Source of the DNA: Oceanispirochaeta sp.
Lineage (GTDB): Bacteria; Spirochaetota; Spirochaetia; DSM-2461
Direction: 5' to 3'
Assembly (NCBI GenBank): GCA_963666275.2
Contig: CAXXOA010000002.1
Coordinates: 320,001 to 384,000, forward strand
DNA length: 64,000 nt
The position numbers and the translations under genes were made by a program. The notes beneath the pieces were generated by a model. The model saw only the letters and a list, made by a program, of their open reading frames with translations, ran no database searches and had not been told where the DNA came from. Below, one piece after another: positions 27,982 to 37,338 of this stretch (within the stretch, counting starts at the first letter, position 1; each line of letters opens with the position of its first letter).

Positions 27982-28948
27982 CCATTTTTTCCCTGTAATT
28001 CCGGTCCGGATCCATCGAGGTCAAAAGGAGAGGGGAAGAACCGGGCTGAAAAGGCCCGGGCACCCGTTCCGGCAGCTCGGAAAGAACGGAAAAAAAGAGA
28101 ATACTGCGGGTGGAATTCTTAAATGAGAGACGAGCCCCCCTCAGTGGCTCCGGGGGTACGGAAGCCAGAAAATCCTGAACTCTGACGGCCTCCGTCCCCG
28201 GTGTAAAATTCACAGGAGAAACCTCTCCCGGAGAGAGAACCGACACTCCCATACCGTTCCCTAGAGCATGCTCCATCCAGACCCGGCACTCTCTCATAAG
28301 AGAATCAACTTCAGAAGGATTCCCTGCGCCGTTCAGCAGGATAAGAAGAGACTGATCATCCGGTTTCATCCGGAACCCCTCTTTTATAAAAAAATCACCG
28401 TATCTTGCCAGTAGATTCCAGTTGATTCTTCTGGGGTCATCACCGGGATAGTAGGGACGGGATTCAAAAAAGGCCTGATCTTTGAGAATCATCGGACGGG
28501 AAAAATCTGCCGAATCAAACAGGGGATCTCCCGGAGAGGATCTGACATCTTCCCGGCCTGCTGGATACACGGTAAGAGAGAATTCTGAAGGATCGTTCCG
28601 CTGATACTTCAGAACCCCGAAAAGGTCCTCCACCCGTATATAACGCCTCAGGATCCGATAGTTCCCCCGTTCCAGTCTGTCCCGGTCCCGGAGTTTCAGA
28701 CTGCGGTACGTCTCCCACTGCATGTCAATGCCGCAGGAAAAGACCAGACTGGAGGCAGCAGGGCCGGAGCTCCCTGCTATATCCCGGCAGAGTGTCCCGT
28801 CATCGGTGCGGGAGGGCAGATCCGCAAGGGAGAGAGAGTCCCGGTTCCTGAAGAGTCTCATATGGAAACGGCAGGTCCAGAAAAACAGAAGCGCCAGATT
28901 AAGGACTGAAAAGTAGAGAATCGGAAGGTTGGAGAAGCCTATGCCCAA
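27938..28948 (-). CDS. DUF58 family protein; true N-terminus appears frameshifted (see findings)
   Basis: RGNY, DLFG, LTVYP, RPYYPGDDPRRINWNLLAR. Confidence 0.85.
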   Translation of the reverse strand: MGIGFSNLPILYFSVLNLALLFFWTCRFHMRLFRNRDSLSLADLPSRTDDGTLCRDIAGSSGPAASSLVFSCGIDMQWETYRSLKLRDRDRLERGNYRILRRYIRVEDLFGVLKYQRNDPSEFSLTVYPAGREDVRSSPGDPLFDSADFSRPMILKDQAFFESRPYYPGDDPRRINWNLLARYGDFFIKEGFRMKPDDQSLLILLNGAGNPSEVDSLMRECRVWMEHALGNGMGVSVLSPGEVSPVNFTPGTEAVRVQDFLASVPPEPLRGARLSFKNSTRSILFFSVLSELPERVPGPFQPGSSPLLLTSMDPDRNYREKMDAYRKGGWRVLQIP

Positions 28949-29017
28949 CCCCAGAAAAAGGACGGAAAGAAAAAAAAAGCCAGTCCCCCCGGGGTCATGC
29001 GGATCCCCCGGGCAAGT

Positions 29018-29977
29018 TCAGAGAATCCGGGAGATCTCATCTCTTACCACCTTATCAATCAGAAGGGACGTATCGGTTTCGGGAGACAGAGGCATAACTC
29101 TGTGAGAGAGGACAGAAGGAGCCATATCGATGAGATCCTGATCTGTCACATAATCCCGGTCCTGCGTAAAGGCGAGAGCTTTCGCCGCTTTTAAAAGCAT
29201 CAGCCCCCCCCGGGAAGAAACTCCGGCTCTCAGGTCCTTATGAGTTCTGCTGGACCGGAGGATCCTGACCAGGCACTGTATCAGTTTGTCATCACAGAAG
29301 ACCTTTTCGACCTCCTCCCGGCAGCGGAGAAAATCCTGCACCGAGCACACGGGTTTGAGAGTCGGCAGAACCGCATGGGAGGGATCCCCCTTTAAAATGG
29401 CGAACTCAGCCTGATCATCGGGATAGTCCGGAGTCAGCTTCATGAGGAACCGGTCTTTCTGGGCTTCCGGAAGAGGGTATGTCCCCTCATGATCCAGGGG
29501 ATTCTGAGTCGCCAGGACCAGAAAAAAATCTTTGAGCGGATAGGTTTCCCGTCCAATGGAAACCTGCTGCTCCGCCATGACTTCCAGAAGAGCGGACTGA
29601 ACCTTAGGCGTGGTCCTGTTGATCTCATCTGCCAGAAGGATATGGGTAAACACAGGACCCGGGCGAAATTCAAAACGGCTCGATTCCTGGTTCCACACAT
29701 CCACACCTGTAATGTCATAGGGAAGCAGATCCGGAGTGAACTGAATCCTTCTGAAATCAGCCTGATCGATCAGAGCGGCAAGGGTCTGGGCAATTGTGGT
29801 TTTTCCGGACCCCGGCAATCCTTCCAGAAGGATATGCCCTCCAGAGAGGATACCGGCGGTAAAGAGCCGCAGCAGCTCTTTCTGACCTTTTATAACCCTT
29901 TCCATCTGACTCAGTAAAAGATGAGGAAGTTTTTTTATCTCAACAATTTCCCGGGGCAGTCCGGGGAGTTCAACCAT
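29018..29977 (-). CDS. MoxR family AAA+ ATPase
   Basis: GHILLEGLPGSGKT, RIQFTPDLLPYDITG, LADEINR, ATQNP, LPEAQKDRF. Confidence 0.96.
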   Translation of the reverse strand: MVELPGLPREIVEIKKLPHLLLSQMERVIKGQKELLRLFTAGILSGGHILLEGLPGSGKTTIAQTLAALIDQADFRRIQFTPDLLPYDITGVDVWNQESSRFEFRPGPVFTHILLADEINRTTPKVQSALLEVMAEQQVSIGRETYPLKDFFLVLATQNPLDHEGTYPLPEAQKDRFLMKLTPDYPDDQAEFAILKGDPSHAVLPTLKPVCSVQDFLRCREEVEKVFCDDKLIQCLVRILRSSRTHKDLRAGVSSRGGLMLLKAAKALAFTQDRDYVTDQDLIDMAPSVLSHRVMPLSPETDTSLLIDKVVRDEISRIL

Positions 29978-30036
29978 GACTTTATTATATTGACGGAAGA
30001 GTCAGAATACAATAGATTAAATTTATACAATATGTA

Positions 30037-30065
30037 TTGACAGCTTTCAGTTATGTCATTAATAT
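30037..30065 (+). promoter_or_regulatory. sigma70 promoter of tRNA-Ala
   Basis: TTGACA-N17-TAATAT. Confidence 0.65.
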
Positions 30066-30078
30066 GGGCATACATTTC

Positions 30079-30152
30079 GGGGGTGTAGCTCAGTTGGCTA
30101 GAGCGCGTGAATGGCATTCACGAGGTCATGGGTTCGATTCCCACCACCTCCA
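30079..30152 (+). tRNA. tRNA-Ala(GGC), CCA not encoded
   Basis: GGGGGTG/CACCTCC acceptor stem with G3:U70, anticodon loop ATGGCAT, GGTTCGATTCC T-arm. Confidence 0.97.
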
Positions 30153-30156
30153 GACA

Positions 30157-30203
30157 AGAGCTGAAGCTGTCTTGAAAAAGACTGTTTTCAGCTCTTTTTT
30201 TTT
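30157..30203 (+). terminator. tRNA-Ala terminator
   Basis: AAGAGCTGAA...TTCAGCTCTT long hairpin followed by a poly-T tract. Confidence 0.8.
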
Positions 30204-30234
30204 GTACATAAATACAGCTGCAGGATAGGTTAAT

Positions 30235-31881
30235 ATGGGAAATGAGGATATTTTCTCAGGAGAAATTGATCCGGAAATTGCATCGTTATTAGGACTGGAA
30301 CAAGATTCTCAGGACAGCCCTCCGGATTATGAAAACCTTTTTGAGATCGAATCACCCGATTCTGATGATTCCCAGGACTTAACCGGCGAAGACGAGGATA
30401 TCACCCGGGAGGAATTCACCCTTCCCGAAGACTACAGCAGAGAGCCGAATCCTATCTTTTCCAACCAGAATTTCTATAAATCCGTCCTTGCCGGAGAGGG
30501 AGAGGTCTCCAACAACCTGCATGCGGCCCTTTCCCAGTTCCTGAAAACCACAGATCCCCAGGAAAAACAGCGAGTCAGATCCAGGCTGATAACCCAGTCC
30601 TGGGAACTCTTTACGAGTATGTCCGGAAAAGCCGGTGAATGGGCAACCGAACCGAAAAGGCTCTTTCTCCGCTATGGTTTTCTCCTCCCCAATATAGTCA
30701 GCAGCGAACAGCGAAAAATGCTGGGATCTATCATAGATGACAATACCTCGGGCGAACCGATCCATTACGTCGATGAATGGCTTGAAAAAGTCTCTGCGGG
30801 TATCGTTTCCCCCCTGGCTTCAGATGAAGCCAGACCTTCCCAGAGGACCCAGGATCAAAAGGTACGAATCCAGCTGGATAAAGCAAAGGGCAGCCGGGAA
30901 GCCCATCTTCACACTCTCCAGTCTCTGCAGCTGAAGAGAAAACAGAAAGAGAGCACATTAAAGTTGAAAGCCGAGGAGATCATCCGGCATACAAGCAACA
31001 CTGTATTCAAGGAACTGGAAACACTCTATTCGGAGCAGCAGAACAGAAGCCTTCAGGACATCATGAATCTCTCCCGGGAACTGCTTCAGCTCCATAGGGA
31101 GATGCTCAGTCACTACACCCACCTAAATGAAGCGGATCAGAATTTCCGGAAATTTCAGGACACGGCCAGGAAAATGGGAAGCATCATGGAGGTTGACCGT
31201 TCGGTTGTTGAAAAAGAAGCCTCCAGCCTGCGGCAGATGGCAAAGCTCTGTGTGGGAAGACAGGGAAATCATATTCCTGTTCTTATGAAACAGTTTTTTA
31301 CCTCCCGGATCGAAAATGTAGCGACCAGGGAAAATGTCATAAGAGAACTCCATGCCATCGAACAGCTGGATCCCAATATTTTCAAGAGAACCTTTAAACA
31401 GAAAACCAACAGAATTGTCCCCCATGTGATTCTGATCCCCTGTTACGGGGATACAGGGATCTGCTGGGAACCTTTTGAAAGATACAATCGCTCTACCAGC
31501 CGGGGCAGAATAGCGATCCCTCTCTACCCGAAAAGCCTGAAACTGGCGGTGATCCATGCTGTGGCGGATCTGAGATGGCAGGTAGCCAAGGAAAAAGCCC
31601 AGCATTACTGGATGGAAGAGGGTCTAACAGGGCATTACTACCAGTATTTTTCCGATAAAAAAATGCGGGGGGATGTACGGCTTAAATTCATTGAGGACTA
31701 CATCCTGTGGATAACCAAAGAGGGAGAGGGCGTTCAGAAACTGGATAAAGAGGTCCGGGGAATTTTCTGGAGGGATATGCCCTTCCCGCAGGAACTGAAA
31801 GACCGCTTACGGAACCGGGGATTCGTCTATAACGAACTGTACAAAAAAGACCTTAACCGCGCGGCATCTGACGGATATTAA
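30235..31881 (+). CDS. Hypothetical protein with acidic N-terminus, central coiled coil and Trp-rich C-terminal domain
   Basis: 548-aa ORF with no motif I recognise. Confidence 0.75.
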   Translation: MGNEDIFSGEIDPEIASLLGLEQDSQDSPPDYENLFEIESPDSDDSQDLTGEDEDITREEFTLPEDYSREPNPIFSNQNFYKSVLAGEGEVSNNLHAALSQFLKTTDPQEKQRVRSRLITQSWELFTSMSGKAGEWATEPKRLFLRYGFLLPNIVSSEQRKMLGSIIDDNTSGEPIHYVDEWLEKVSAGIVSPLASDEARPSQRTQDQKVRIQLDKAKGSREAHLHTLQSLQLKRKQKESTLKLKAEEIIRHTSNTVFKELETLYSEQQNRSLQDIMNLSRELLQLHREMLSHYTHLNEADQNFRKFQDTARKMGSIMEVDRSVVEKEASSLRQMAKLCVGRQGNHIPVLMKQFFTSRIENVATRENVIRELHAIEQLDPNIFKRTFKQKTNRIVPHVILIPCYGDTGICWEPFERYNRSTSRGRIAIPLYPKSLKLAVIHAVADLRWQVAKEKAQHYWMEEGLTGHYYQYFSDKKMRGDVRLKFIEDYILWITKEGEGVQKLDKEVRGIFWRDMPFPQELKDRLRNRGFVYNELYKKDLNRAASDGY

Positions 31882-32159
31882 AGGGACTTACCGCCCTTTC
31901 CAAAGAGAGGGTGGATATACTTTTCAAGATCCCATTTTCCGCTAATCCATTTAATGACTCTGGAGTAGATAAAAAAAGCAGCCACCACAGAAAGAACTAT
32001 CACAAGCAGAAAAGTGATCATCTTGAAGGATGGAGAGGATTCGGGAGTAACCAGAAGGTTAGCCCCGAAGAGAAAAATAAGAAAAAACCCGATCATCAGA
32101 AAAATATTCAGTACGGTTCCGCCCAGCATAAACAGGACAGTGTTAATTTTTCTATTCAC
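31878..32159 (-). CDS. Small two-TM membrane protein, coupled to lspA
   Basis: GTG at 32159 overlaps the lspA end; two hydrophobic helices; the ORF-track extension to 32294 lies inside lspA. Confidence 0.7.
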   Translation of the reverse strand: MNRKINTVLFMLGGTVLNIFLMIGFFLIFLFGANLLVTPESSPSFKMITFLLVIVLSVVAAFFIYSRVIKWISGKWDLEKYIHPLFGKGGKSL

Positions 32160-32664
32160 CCTTTTTCCCCTTGAGCCAGAGGCTGATAAATAAAAGGATT
32201 CCACAGACAACAATGGCTGAATCGGCCACATTAAATGTGGGAAACCTCTCCATACCCAGAAATCCGTAAAATCTGAAATCCAGAAAATCCACAACCCCGT
32301 CGGGTCTGAAAATCCGGTCGATCAGATTTCCCAGACCGCCGCCGACGATCCCCCCCAGACAGAATTTCTGCAGGACCGACTCTTCTCTGGAATGGATCGT
32401 ATAATAGGCCAGGTATCCCAGTATCAGCAGAGGCAGAATAATAAAAAGAATAATTCTGAGAAAACCCGGGAGCTGATCTCCCATACTGAAGGCGACACCT
32501 GTGTTTTTGACAAAAATAAGGCGAAAAAAATCATTCCACACAGAGAGTGCGACTGATCTGTAGGGAATGAACATGACAACAAGAGCTTTTGTTATCTGAT
32601 CTACGAGTATAATCCCCCCGGCGAGTAGCAGAGGGGAGTATTTTTTCAGGGATTTTTCTGACAT
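32152..32664 (-). CDS. lspA: Lipoprotein signal peptidase II
   Basis: DQITK, NTGVAFS, GGGLGNLIDR, VVDFL, FNVADS. Confidence 0.97.
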   Translation of the reverse strand: MSEKSLKKYSPLLLAGGIILVDQITKALVVMFIPYRSVALSVWNDFFRLIFVKNTGVAFSMGDQLPGFLRIILFIILPLLILGYLAYYTIHSREESVLQKFCLGGIVGGGLGNLIDRIFRPDGVVDFLDFRFYGFLGMERFPTFNVADSAIVVCGILLFISLWLKGKKGE

Positions 32665-32676
32665 GTCACCACAATA

Positions 32677-33438
32677 TCAGAGTCCTGTGGGAACATCAAT
32701 AAAAACTGTTTCCAACTCCAGTTCATTACGGACCTTTTCCATCACAGCCTTCACACCGGTGGTCTCCGTCAGATAGTGGCCGCCGAAAAGGACATTGATC
32801 CCCGCTTCCAGACTCTGATGATAGATCGTATGAGCGGCATCTCCCGTTATATACAGATCCAGCCCCAGGGCGATAGCCTCTTCTACTTCTTTTGCTCCCC
32901 CACCGGAGATCATTCCAACGGTTCTGATCTTGTCGGGACCGAAGGGCAGAATTTTTACGGACTGATCCCACCCTCCAAAGAGTTTCATTACAAGATCATC
33001 CCTTTTAATCGGTTCCGGCAGGACGCCTTTCACGCCGATTTTGGTCCCCTTGTATTCTCCAAACCCTTCCTGCTCTACCAGGCCGAGGATGTTTGCCAAC
33101 CCCGCATTATTCCCCCAGAGGGGATGCATATCCAGAGGCAGGTGGACGGCATACAGAGCCAGATTGTTCCTGATCAGAGTTTCTACACGGGAATAGTGGT
33201 CTCCTGTCACCGCCAGGGGCTTTCCCCAGAAAAGACCGTGATGTACAAAAAGGAGATCAGCCTTTTCCTCCGCCGCTTTTTTAAAAGTAGCCAGACAGGC
33301 ATCCACTGCAAAGGCTATCTTTTTTACTTCCCTTTCAGCCTCTCCCACCTGCAGTCCGTTCATTGAAAAATCACGGCCTTCCATAAGATCGATATCCAGA
33401 AAAGACCGGCACCAGTCATCAAATTTTTTTATATTCAT
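32677..33438 (-). CDS. Nif3-like dinuclear metal protein (YbgI)
   Basis: NGLQV, LFVHHGLFW, HLPLDMH, GNNA, YITGD, GHYLTE. Confidence 0.94.
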   Translation of the reverse strand: MNIKKFDDWCRSFLDIDLMEGRDFSMNGLQVGEAEREVKKIAFAVDACLATFKKAAEEKADLLFVHHGLFWGKPLAVTGDHYSRVETLIRNNLALYAVHLPLDMHPLWGNNAGLANILGLVEQEGFGEYKGTKIGVKGVLPEPIKRDDLVMKLFGGWDQSVKILPFGPDKIRTVGMISGGGAKEVEEAIALGLDLYITGDAAHTIYHQSLEAGINVLFGGHYLTETTGVKAVMEKVRNELELETVFIDVPTGL

Positions 33439-33494
33439 TTCTTAATTCTAAATAAAAAAGTGAAGAAAATCGAGACTCATTTTTAATCGTTTGC

Positions 33495-33522
33495 TTGACA
33501 ATAAAAGAAGTGAGACTATAAT
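33495..33522 (+). promoter_or_regulatory. sigma70 promoter
   Basis: TTGACA-N16-TATAAT upstream of the HDOD gene. Confidence 0.6.
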
Positions 33523-33570
33523 TTTAATATGCTATAAAAAGTATACTTTTGCAAAAATTAAGGACTAACC

Positions 33571-35049
33571 ATGCCCTCTACCGACATATCCGAAAAAATT
33601 AAAATTGCGATACAGAAATCAGTCCCTGTAACCATTACCACCTATAAGCTGAATCATGACACGGAAGTCTATGTAGAGGAAATCCTTAGCATATACCTGA
33701 AGGAGCTCGGTCAGGAAGCTCTGATCGACCGTTTGGCCTACTGTCTGAAAGAACTTGCGGTGAATGCCAAAAAAGCCAACACGAAAAGGGTCTATTTTGA
33801 AGAGAAAGGTTTGAGTCTCAACAGCAAAGAAGACTATGCCGAAGGCATGAAACACTTCAAGACAGAAACAATGGATCATATTGATCACTATCTTGAGCTG
33901 CAGAAGAAGCAGGGCCTTTACGTAAAAATTTCTTTTCACACCTTCAGTTCCAATTTCCGTATTTCCATCAGAAACAATGTGGAAATCAACAGAAAGGAAC
34001 AGATGAGGATTTACGACAGGATTGCCCGTTCACGGGCCTTTGACAGCATGGAAGAGGCTTTTTCTGAAGTTCTTGACGACTCGGAAGGAGCCGGACTGGG
34101 AATTGTAATCCTTATTCTGATGCTTAAAAAAATGGGGCTCGATGAAGAGTCTTTTGAAATTGAAGGGGAAAACGGCGAAACCACAGCATCTCTGACTATC
34201 CCCATTTCAGATATCAAACTGGAAGAGATGGATCTGCTGACCTCCCGGATTGTCAACGAGATAGACGCCCTGCCCCAGTTCCCCGAAAATATCACTGTGA
34301 TTCAGCAGCTTATCAATGATCCCGATTCGGATATCAACGAAATTGCCCGCCGGATCAGTACCGACCCCTCTCTGACCGCAGACCTTTTACGGGTTGTCAA
34401 TTCAGCTCAGTTCATGCTCCCCAACAGGGTGGATAATATTGCGGATGCTGTAAAAATGGTTGGTCTGAGAGGACTGAAGAACCTCCTCTACTCCTACGGA
34501 TCAGAAAAGATCCTGAACCTTCCCCAGAAAAAAGAGCTCTGGGATCATGCTCACAGGACAGCCTTCTACGCCTTCAACCTGGCCAGGAATGTGAGGCTCA
34601 AGAAAGATTTTATCGATGATGCCTACGTGGGTGGAATCCTTCATGATATGGGAAAGATTGTTTTTTCAAGCATCCATCCGGAGCTTCTTGAAAAAATCAA
34701 AGGATTTTCTTCAGAGAAACAGCTCTCTTCCGGCCTTTTTGAAGATCTGGCGGGAGGCTACAATCATGCTGAGATCGGAGCCAAAATTGCAGAAAAGTGG
34801 AATTTTTCCCAATCCCTGATAGAAGCGATCCGGTATCATCACGAACCCAATCAGAGCACTCCGGAATTCCGGAAGGTTGTCTATTGTGTCTATCTGGCAA
34901 ATGCCCTCTGCGATCTGGAAAAAGAGTTCATCAGCTATGAACAGCTGGATGCCAATGCTCTGAAATTCTTCAGAATCACATCCGAGGATCAGCTGGATAC
35001 CATAAGGGACAGACTGTCTCAGGCGTTCATGACAGAACTCATGGTTTAA
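33571..35049 (+). CDS. HDOD domain protein with an N-terminal HATPase-like domain
   Basis: KELAVNAKKA and GAGLG; LPQFPE, DPSLTADLLRVVNSA, GILHDMGK, NHAEIG, IRYHHEP. Confidence 0.88.
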   Translation: MPSTDISEKIKIAIQKSVPVTITTYKLNHDTEVYVEEILSIYLKELGQEALIDRLAYCLKELAVNAKKANTKRVYFEEKGLSLNSKEDYAEGMKHFKTETMDHIDHYLELQKKQGLYVKISFHTFSSNFRISIRNNVEINRKEQMRIYDRIARSRAFDSMEEAFSEVLDDSEGAGLGIVILILMLKKMGLDEESFEIEGENGETTASLTIPISDIKLEEMDLLTSRIVNEIDALPQFPENITVIQQLINDPDSDINEIARRISTDPSLTADLLRVVNSAQFMLPNRVDNIADAVKMVGLRGLKNLLYSYGSEKILNLPQKKELWDHAHRTAFYAFNLARNVRLKKDFIDDAYVGGILHDMGKIVFSSIHPELLEKIKGFSSEKQLSSGLFEDLAGGYNHAEIGAKIAEKWNFSQSLIEAIRYHHEPNQSTPEFRKVVYCVYLANALCDLEKEFISYEQLDANALKFFRITSEDQLDTIRDRLSQAFMTELMV

Positions 35050-35167
35050 CTCTCTTACATTCAGATTCCAGGCCTTTTTTCAAAAAACAGAATCTTATGA
35101 ATTGACATCACAAAACATTACTATTATATTATATATACATTTTCATATATAAGGAGATTATATAGAT

Positions 35168-35398
35168 ATGGCTGTCACAATTTATTCCACTCCGTCCTGC
35201 GGATACTGCAATATGGCAAAAGATTATTTTAAAAAGAACAGCATTCCCTTCACTGACTTTAATGTGGCCACTGATCCCGCCAAAGCGGAAGAGATGGTTA
35301 AGAAATCAGGTCAGATGGGAGTTCCCGTCATTGATGTAAATGGAAGAATTATCGTCGGATTCAATCAGGGTGCCATAGAATCAGCTCTTAAACGCTGA
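35168..35398 (+). CDS. Glutaredoxin-like protein (NrdH/YruB family)
   Basis: CGYC, SGQMGVPVI, IVGFN. Confidence 0.92.
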   Translation: MAVTIYSTPSCGYCNMAKDYFKKNSIPFTDFNVATDPAKAEEMVKKSGQMGVPVIDVNGRIIVGFNQGAIESALKR

Positions 35399-36179
35399 GT
35401 CTCTGAACCCACCGGTTCATAACCACACCAAATGCCACAGAGACATTAAGAGACCCTTTCCAACCATAAAGAGAAATTGAGGCTCTCCCGAGAGACCGGT
35501 CAGCAAGACTGAGACATTCGGGAGAGACCCCGACTTCTTCAGACCCTAAAACAAGAATCCCTTTTTCAGGGAATTGAAAAGTTTCCACAGGAGTTCCGCC
35601 TAGTTCCAGAGCAAAAACAGGGCGGTTCAGATTCATAAGTTCCTGATAATCCATCCGGCGCCAGGGCAGCTTTTCAACACAGCCCATGGAAGTCCTTTCT
35701 GCCCGGGGATGAAGAGGATCCGCTGTACCGGGAGAAAGATAGACTTCACTCACCCCCATACTCTCGGCCGTCCTGAAAATGGACCCCACATTGAAGGGAG
35801 AGCGGATCTCATCAAGATATACGGAGACTCCGGAAAAACAGATCCTCTCACCCTCTCCGGATTGATCCCCGGGGTGTATAAAATCCCAGTCGGCCTGGGA
35901 AATTTCCAGCTGATTTAGCAGAGAATGTCTCAGAGAATTGACTCCCCGCCTGAGGGCTGTACTGTCAGAGCCAAAACTCTGCCTCAGCTTGCGGACCTGT
36001 TCGCGTACCGGTTCTGATAGATCGGGATCCTCGGTCATACCCGTAAGAAGCCCCGAAAAATAACCATCCTCTGACCGGACCTCATTGAGAAGAGACTTTT
36101 CCCACTCCTCCAGAAGGCGTACAACTTTTCTGAGTCTTGTTCCGGTTTTGAGAGTATATAGTTTTTTGACTGTAATCAT
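35388..36179 (-). CDS. TrmH/SpoU family RNA methyltransferase
   Basis: IRSPFNVGSIFRTA, LGSEEVGVS, SLNVSVA. Confidence 0.92.
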   Translation of the reverse strand: MITVKKLYTLKTGTRLRKVVRLLEEWEKSLLNEVRSEDGYFSGLLTGMTEDPDLSEPVREQVRKLRQSFGSDSTALRRGVNSLRHSLLNQLEISQADWDFIHPGDQSGEGERICFSGVSVYLDEIRSPFNVGSIFRTAESMGVSEVYLSPGTADPLHPRAERTSMGCVEKLPWRRMDYQELMNLNRPVFALELGGTPVETFQFPEKGILVLGSEEVGVSPECLSLADRSLGRASISLYGWKGSLNVSVAFGVVMNRWVQRLSV

Positions 36180-37307
36180 TTACCAGCTGTCTTTGAGGAT
36201 CTGAAAAAGCTGATCCACCGTGATTCCCCCGATTTCCAGGCGGCTCATCATTTTACCGGTGGTTTCAGCGGCCACAGCCAGCTGATCCATAGGGATTCCG
36301 ATACTCCTCAGCTGCGAGGGCATAGAGTAAAATCCAATGGCTTCCCGGATCCCTTCAACAAGATCCTCCGGCCGGTCCGGTTTGTCATCCAGGCCTTTGA
36401 GAGATCCCAGAAACTCCTTCATTTCATTGTAGGAGGTCTCCATCAGATACTCCAGGATATAGGGAAGCATGACCATGGAGACGACAGAACGGGCGACCTG
36501 AAAGTGTCCGCTCACAGAGTGCACCAGCAGCCCGGGCCAGAAGAAACTGACTTCATCCTGGGCCAGAGAGGTCAGAAAGCCTGCCTCGGAAAGGGAAACC
36601 ACAAGACTGAGATCCCATTTTTTTATCAGTTGTTCTCTCACGGGCCAGAATTTTTCAAATGCCCCTCGGCTGTGAGCCCCTGTCAGAAAAGATCTCCTGG
36701 GGTGAATGACCGCCGTAAGGCTGAACAGAAGCATTTCAAAGTAGAGGGGAATCCTGTATCTTTCGGGCATTCCCAGCGAAAGAGCGGGATCCTGAATCAT
36801 GGTATCGGCGAAATGGCGTTCTCCCCTTACCATTGTTGTCAAAAGTCCGCGGCTTTCTGTCAGGGGAAAACAGCTCTGGAGCAGATAGGGTGTCCAGAAA
36901 GGAGTGGGAATTTCCACGTAGGGAAGACAGTTATCCTGTGTCAGCCCCTCCGCAAAAAGTGTATCCGGGTGAAGATTACCGGGAAGGGAGGCGGCAACCG
37001 CTCTGGCAACCGAAAGGATCTGGCTGCCTCCGAACCCTATGATCGATTCCACATAGCTGCCTTTGGCCAGGTTGATACAGGTTTCGATGGTAAAGGAGGT
37101 TCCGTGCTGTACTTCTTCGTTGAAAAGAATGGTTTTGGCTCCGTGCGATTCCAGAAGCCCCTGAAGTTTCCACAAGGGATCTTTAAGCCGGGAATCTGCA
37201 ATGATGAGAACCCTGTTTCCCAGGCGGTTGATCTCAATGCCGGCCCGGTTGATCTCATTGATTCCCATAATTATTTTTGATGGAATTCTAAAAAAAAGTT
37301 CTGCCAC
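36180..37307 (-). CDS. Iron-containing alcohol dehydrogenase-like protein with degenerate motifs (GTG start)
   Basis: IPSKIIMG, IIGFGGSQILSVAR, IPT, DPALS, MPSQLRSIGI. Confidence 0.75.
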   Translation of the reverse strand: MAELFFRIPSKIIMGINEINRAGIEINRLGNRVLIIADSRLKDPLWKLQGLLESHGAKTILFNEEVQHGTSFTIETCINLAKGSYVESIIGFGGSQILSVARAVAASLPGNLHPDTLFAEGLTQDNCLPYVEIPTPFWTPYLLQSCFPLTESRGLLTTMVRGERHFADTMIQDPALSLGMPERYRIPLYFEMLLFSLTAVIHPRRSFLTGAHSRGAFEKFWPVREQLIKKWDLSLVVSLSEAGFLTSLAQDEVSFFWPGLLVHSVSGHFQVARSVVSMVMLPYILEYLMETSYNEMKEFLGSLKGLDDKPDRPEDLVEGIREAIGFYSMPSQLRSIGIPMDQLAVAAETTGKMMSRLEIGGITVDQLFQILKDSW

Positions 37308-37338
37308 CCTCTACTCCAGTAAAACAACTGTGCTGCTG

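Noticed and set aside
28948..29020. Stop-codon readthrough fusing MoxR to DUF58 (same frame across the TGA)
   Set aside because: A one-base indel in the homopolymer gives a more natural overlapping start and N-terminus
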